From positions 23,310-55,309 of the forward strand of contig MTSL01000137.1 of assembly GCA_002794465.1 (NCBI GenBank): 32,000 nt of DNA. Reading direction: 5' to 3'. Below the pieces are notes generated by a model that was not told the DNA's origin, made no database searches, and worked only from the letters and a program-made list of their open reading frames with translations. The DNA is from Paramicrosporidium saccamoebae KSL3 (taxonomy: Eukaryota > Fungi > Cryptomycota). This document shows positions 29,181-32,000 of the stretch, one piece after another. The position numbers were made by a program, and so were the translations under genes. Numbering within the stretch: the first letter of the stretch is position 1; each line of letters starts with the position of its first letter.

Positions 29181-29852
29181 CTATGCCAAAATTGTGCCAG
29201 GAGAAACCGATGAATCAGCAGTGAAATATATACCCGTATTGTCGCCTTGCACTGTGAGAGGATATCCAGAATATCCCGAGTATCCCGAATGCTCCGAATG
29301 TCCTGAATGCTCCGAATGTTCTGAATGTCCCATCTTGTTTTCTGACAGTACAAAAGCAAGTCGTTTTCCCACTTGAGCCTCCATTGACACGCTACTTGTA
29401 ATCATTCCATGACTGCCACAATCCAGAATAAAGCCATTTTCGTGCTGCTGTACGAGTCCAAGAACAATTTTGCAGGCCAAAAAGTCATCAAAGCTAATGG
29501 TCTCGGATCCCGGCCCTAATGGCTCGCCACAGAAGACGCGCTGTCCGAGCTCCACTTCACAGGTTGGCTGCATCAACATGACACGCTTCTCGTCCACATA
29601 GAAGCCAGTTACCAGTACTTCAGACATGAACTTGGCAATCTGTCGGGGTGGAAAGTTGACCACGGCAGTGACCAGTTGTCCCACTAATGCCGAGGGCTCC
29701 TCATAGGCAAAGGTGAGCTGGGCAGAGGAGCGTTTAATGCCAATTGGACCAAAATCTATTTGCAGTTGATATGCGGGTTTGCGGACGCCCACAAAGACGT
29801 TGGCACTAACGATACGGCCTATTCTCAAGTCAATCTTTCTGAAGGCTTCCAT
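29181..29852 (-). CDS. csaA: CsaA/Trbp111-type OB-fold protein with a second degenerate domain
   Basis: FRKIDLRIGRI...AYQLQIDFGPIGIKRSSAQLT...VTAVVNFPPRQIAKFMSEVLVTG matches the CsaA signature as I recall it. The track start 29861 is GTG; the ATG is 29852. Confidence 0.85.
   Translation of the reverse strand: MEAFRKIDLRIGRIVSANVFVGVRKPAYQLQIDFGPIGIKRSSAQLTFAYEEPSALVGQLVTAVVNFPPRQIAKFMSEVLVTGFYVDEKRVMLMQPTCEVELGQRVFCGEPLGPGSETISFDDFLACKIVLGLVQQHENGFILDCGSHGMITSSVSMEAQVGKRLAFVLSENKMGHSEHSEHSGHSEHSGYSGYSGYPLTVQGDNTGIYFTADSSVSPGTILA
29260..29333 (-). repeat. 9-nt coding repeat, (G/E)(H/Y)S x8
   Basis: MGHSEHSEHSGHSEHSGYSGYSGYP within the CsaA-like ORF. Confidence 0.9.
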
Positions 29853-29882
29853 CCTAGACACCCCATGGAACGGAGAAATGGT

Positions 29883-31175
29883 TTATTTGTGATTCTTCCC
29901 GCGTTTGGCAGGCGTCTTTTTGGGAATCGGAGGCTGAATTTCAGCCAGATACAAAATTCTTTGTACAGTGAGCGGAGCTTTCCTGGACACGTTCTCTGGT
30001 GGGGGTGGAGCACAGGTTAATCGGAGCACAGTGGGGGCGGAGGGACGATCGGGCCCAAGAAATAGAGGCTCATCAGGTTCATCTATAAAATGCACTTGCC
30101 GGTCCCACTTTATCCGCCGATCACGTGGCGATTTCTCGTTGAAAAGATCAAGCCATGCCTTTTGAGTGATGCCACGAGCCTTGTGCTGATCAGCCCACTT
30201 TCGTTTTGCCACTGCGGCACTTTTGGCAAATCGGCTGGAAGGACTCTCTGGCCGGTCAATCTCTCTAATAAGGTCTGTAACGACAATTTCACAATTTGCA
30301 TAGCCTGAATTCTGCAAAGTATTCTGCTGAGTCAGCTTTGCCAATTCAGCATCGTCAGAAATCTGTCTGACTGGCACAGCCTGAGGAGCTGCTACAAACT
30401 TTTTAACCACTCTTTGGGCCTTTTTCTTGTCATGAATTGGAGTGGGACAATGGACCTGCGGGACCTGTAGGACCTGTGGGACCTGTGGGACGGTGGAGTC
30501 TGAGACTTGCGCAGTGGGTGGTGCAGAGACTTGTGCAGGTGCAGGTGCAGTGACAGGCGCAGGTTTGTTTGCCTCCAGAGTGCTGGATGTTAACTTGGCT
30601 ATAGATTCGTTTGTCCTCATCCCGGAAATGTTGGACATTAACTCAGTGGTCGATTTTCTCGTCCTCACCGGCGTAGCCATGGATGAGCCCGCACGTATCC
30701 CCGCAACTATTGATCCCTTTAAAGCCCTTCTCTTTGGAGTTGTCAATAGATTTCCACGAAAATGGACCGCAGGCGAGGGACATAGGAAATTGCAATCGTT
30801 AAATTCGTCCACAATGACCTCTTCGTCTGAGCCATCAAAGATCGTCGATTCTAACGGACGTTTCCAGTACATTTTCAGCAAGGTAATGCCTCGACGTACA
30901 CGCAAAAACCTCTTTCGGATGGCAAAGGTTAGTAGGTAGGACAGGACTAGTTTCACTAGGGGGTAGAAACGTACTTGACACAGAAACATTGTTCGCGATT
31001 TGCTAGTCTGCAAATTCGTTCCCAAAGACGTAACCTTTCTCCTTTTCATGCTGCGTCGATGGAAGAATGAAATTAGATTTGCAGCAAATACTTTGGCGGG
31101 CTCAACGTGGTCCGAGTTGGCCAGCATAGGCCCGCGCTGCTGAGCCCAGGCCATGGGCTCAACTACTTTGACCAT
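29883..31175 (-). CDS. Hypothetical basic, Pro/Ser/Thr-rich protein with RVxF motifs; start uncertain (31175, 31154, 31127 or further downstream)
   Basis: Long open frame; the track start 31349 is TTG inside hexokinase. Probable 63-nt in-frame intron at 30912-30974. Confidence 0.7.
   Translation of the reverse strand: MVKVVEPMAWAQQRGPMLANSDHVEPAKVFAANLISFFHRRSMKRRKVTSLGTNLQTSKSRTMFLCQVRFYPLVKLVLSYLLTFAIRKRFLRVRRGITLLKMYWKRPLESTIFDGSDEEVIVDEFNDCNFLCPSPAVHFRGNLLTTPKRRALKGSIVAGIRAGSSMATPVRTRKSTTELMSNISGMRTNESIAKLTSSTLEANKPAPVTAPAPAQVSAPPTAQVSDSTVPQVPQVLQVPQVHCPTPIHDKKKAQRVVKKFVAAPQAVPVRQISDDAELAKLTQQNTLQNSGYANCEIVVTDLIREIDRPESPSSRFAKSAAVAKRKWADQHKARGITQKAWLDLFNEKSPRDRRIKWDRQVHFIDEPDEPLFLGPDRPSAPTVLRLTCAPPPPENVSRKAPLTVQRILYLAEIQPPIPKKTPAKRGKNHK
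30452..30491 (-). repeat. 9-nt coding repeat (VPQ)x4
   Basis: ggacctgYR x4 on the + strand = VPQVPQVLQVPQV. Confidence 0.85.
30912..30974 (-). other. Probable 63-nt in-frame intron
   Basis: Minus strand GTACGT...TACTAAC...AAAG; phase 0, stop-free. Confidence 0.6.
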
Positions 31176-32000
31176 GTTCAATGTGTCCTTGGAGACATTA
31201 CAGACTGTGGCAGACAATTTCCATACGGCGCTGATGGCTGGATTGTGCAAGGAGGGACAAATGATAAGGGCACTGCCGTCATTTGTGTGTGAATTGCCTT
31301 CGGGTCGGGAGGAAGGCGATTTCCTCGTTGTTGATCTCGGCGGCACCAATTTGCGGGTTGGATGTGCTCAGCTGAAGGGAAATGGCCAATTTGGACTGGA
31401 CATGAAAAGGTGGGCATTGGTTGACGAGATGAAAAACAAGGCTGGGTGCGAACTATTTGACTTGATTGCAGACTGCGTCAAATCATATCTCAAAGACAGT
31501 CCCCACCAAACCATGGGAGAGGCATTAAAAGGGAGGCCAATATCTCTGGGATTTACATTTTCCTATCCAGTGAAGCAAGATGATATTGACCACGGGATTC
31601 TGATCCAATGGAACAAGGCCTTGGTGTGTAACGATGTGATTGGACTCGACGTAGTTGCTCTCCTTCAAGATGCCCTCAACAAGACAGATCTGGCCAATGT
31701 CAAAGTGTCCGCCCTACTTAACGACACTGTTGGCACCTTGGCAGCACATGCCTACGTGGACGTTGACACTAAAATAAGCGTCCTCCTGGGGACTGGCACT
31801 AATGCCGCATTTATTGCACCGCTTTCTCTAGTAAAAAAACTGGCAGCCCATCCAACGATCCAGTCGCACAAAGAAATGATAATTAACACTGAATGGGGAG
31901 CATTCGGGGACGGAAATGGGGACCTCTTGCCACTACTGCCGCTGGACAAGAAGATTGACTCTGAAACGGTGAATCCTGGGGCACAGATCCTTGAGAAATT
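31153..32000 (+). CDS. HXK: Hexokinase, 5' part (runs off the right edge)
   Basis: Not in the ORF track; I translated it by hand. After TGA at 31141 the frame reads MGSTTLTMFNVSLETLQTVADNFHTALMAGL...ALPSFV...VDLGGTNLRVG...LGFTFSYPVKQ...LLNDTVGTL...LGTGTNA...INTEWGAFG...NPGAQILEK. Alternative start at 31174. Confidence 0.96.
   Translation, partial: MGSTTLTMFNVSLETLQTVADNFHTALMAGLCKEGQMIRALPSFVCELPSGREEGDFLVVDLGGTNLRVGCAQLKGNGQFGLDMKRWALVDEMKNKAGCELFDLIADCVKSYLKDSPHQTMGEALKGRPISLGFTFSYPVKQDDIDHGILIQWNKALVCNDVIGLDVVALLQDALNKTDLANVKVSALLNDTVGTLAAHAYVDVDTKISVLLGTGTNAAFIAPLSLVKKLAAHPTIQSHKEMIINTEWGAFGDGNGDLLPLLPLDKKIDSETVNPGAQILEK

Noticed and set aside
988-29852. Apparent tRNA-related gene cluster (Rpp21-like, ELP3, eIF5B, ARC1, CsaA)
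   Set aside because: The genes are scattered among unrelated ones, and a reduced genome is enriched for such core genes anyway; there is no evidence of co-regulation.
31176-31349. N-terminal extension of the 488-aa minus ORF
   Set aside because: It begins at TTG and is fully antisense to conserved hexokinase sequence.
1-32000. tRNA, rRNA, snRNA and transposon signatures
   Set aside because: By eye I found no A/B-box cloverleaf, U1/U2/U5/U6 hallmark, transposase/RT ORF or terminal inverted repeats. A tRNAscan/Infernal run would be needed to exclude divergent RNAs.

Overview
Very gene-dense eukaryotic DNA with fungus-like genes, short intergenic gaps and mini-introns of 28-35 nt. My best guess for the source is an early-diverging microsporidia relative (Rozellomycota, Paramicrosporidium-like) that still has respiratory complex I; this is inference, not a database match. 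Recognisable housekeeping genes are an Rpp21/Rpr2-family protein, CTR9, RPT4, NDUFA8, ELP3, PGK, MAT1/TFB3, PTPA, eIF5B, an AVT-type amino acid transporter, an FCP1-like HAD protein, ARC1, VAM7 and hexokinase. Interspersed in the left half are orphan genes with signal peptides. The main discoveries are: (1) three divergent paralogs of an unrecognised secreted protein family, one of them an edge ORF missing from the supplied ORF track, which are candidate effectors; (2) a secreted pepsin-fold protein that has lost both catalytic aspartates; (3) a bacterial-type CsaA/Trbp111 domain fused to a degenerate second copy; (4) a tandem YxxPhi motif array on the transporter tail; and (5) head-to-head genes with almost no spacer. 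Many unrelated short tandem repeats occur in both coding and intergenic DNA. I found no tRNA, rRNA, CRISPR array or transposon.
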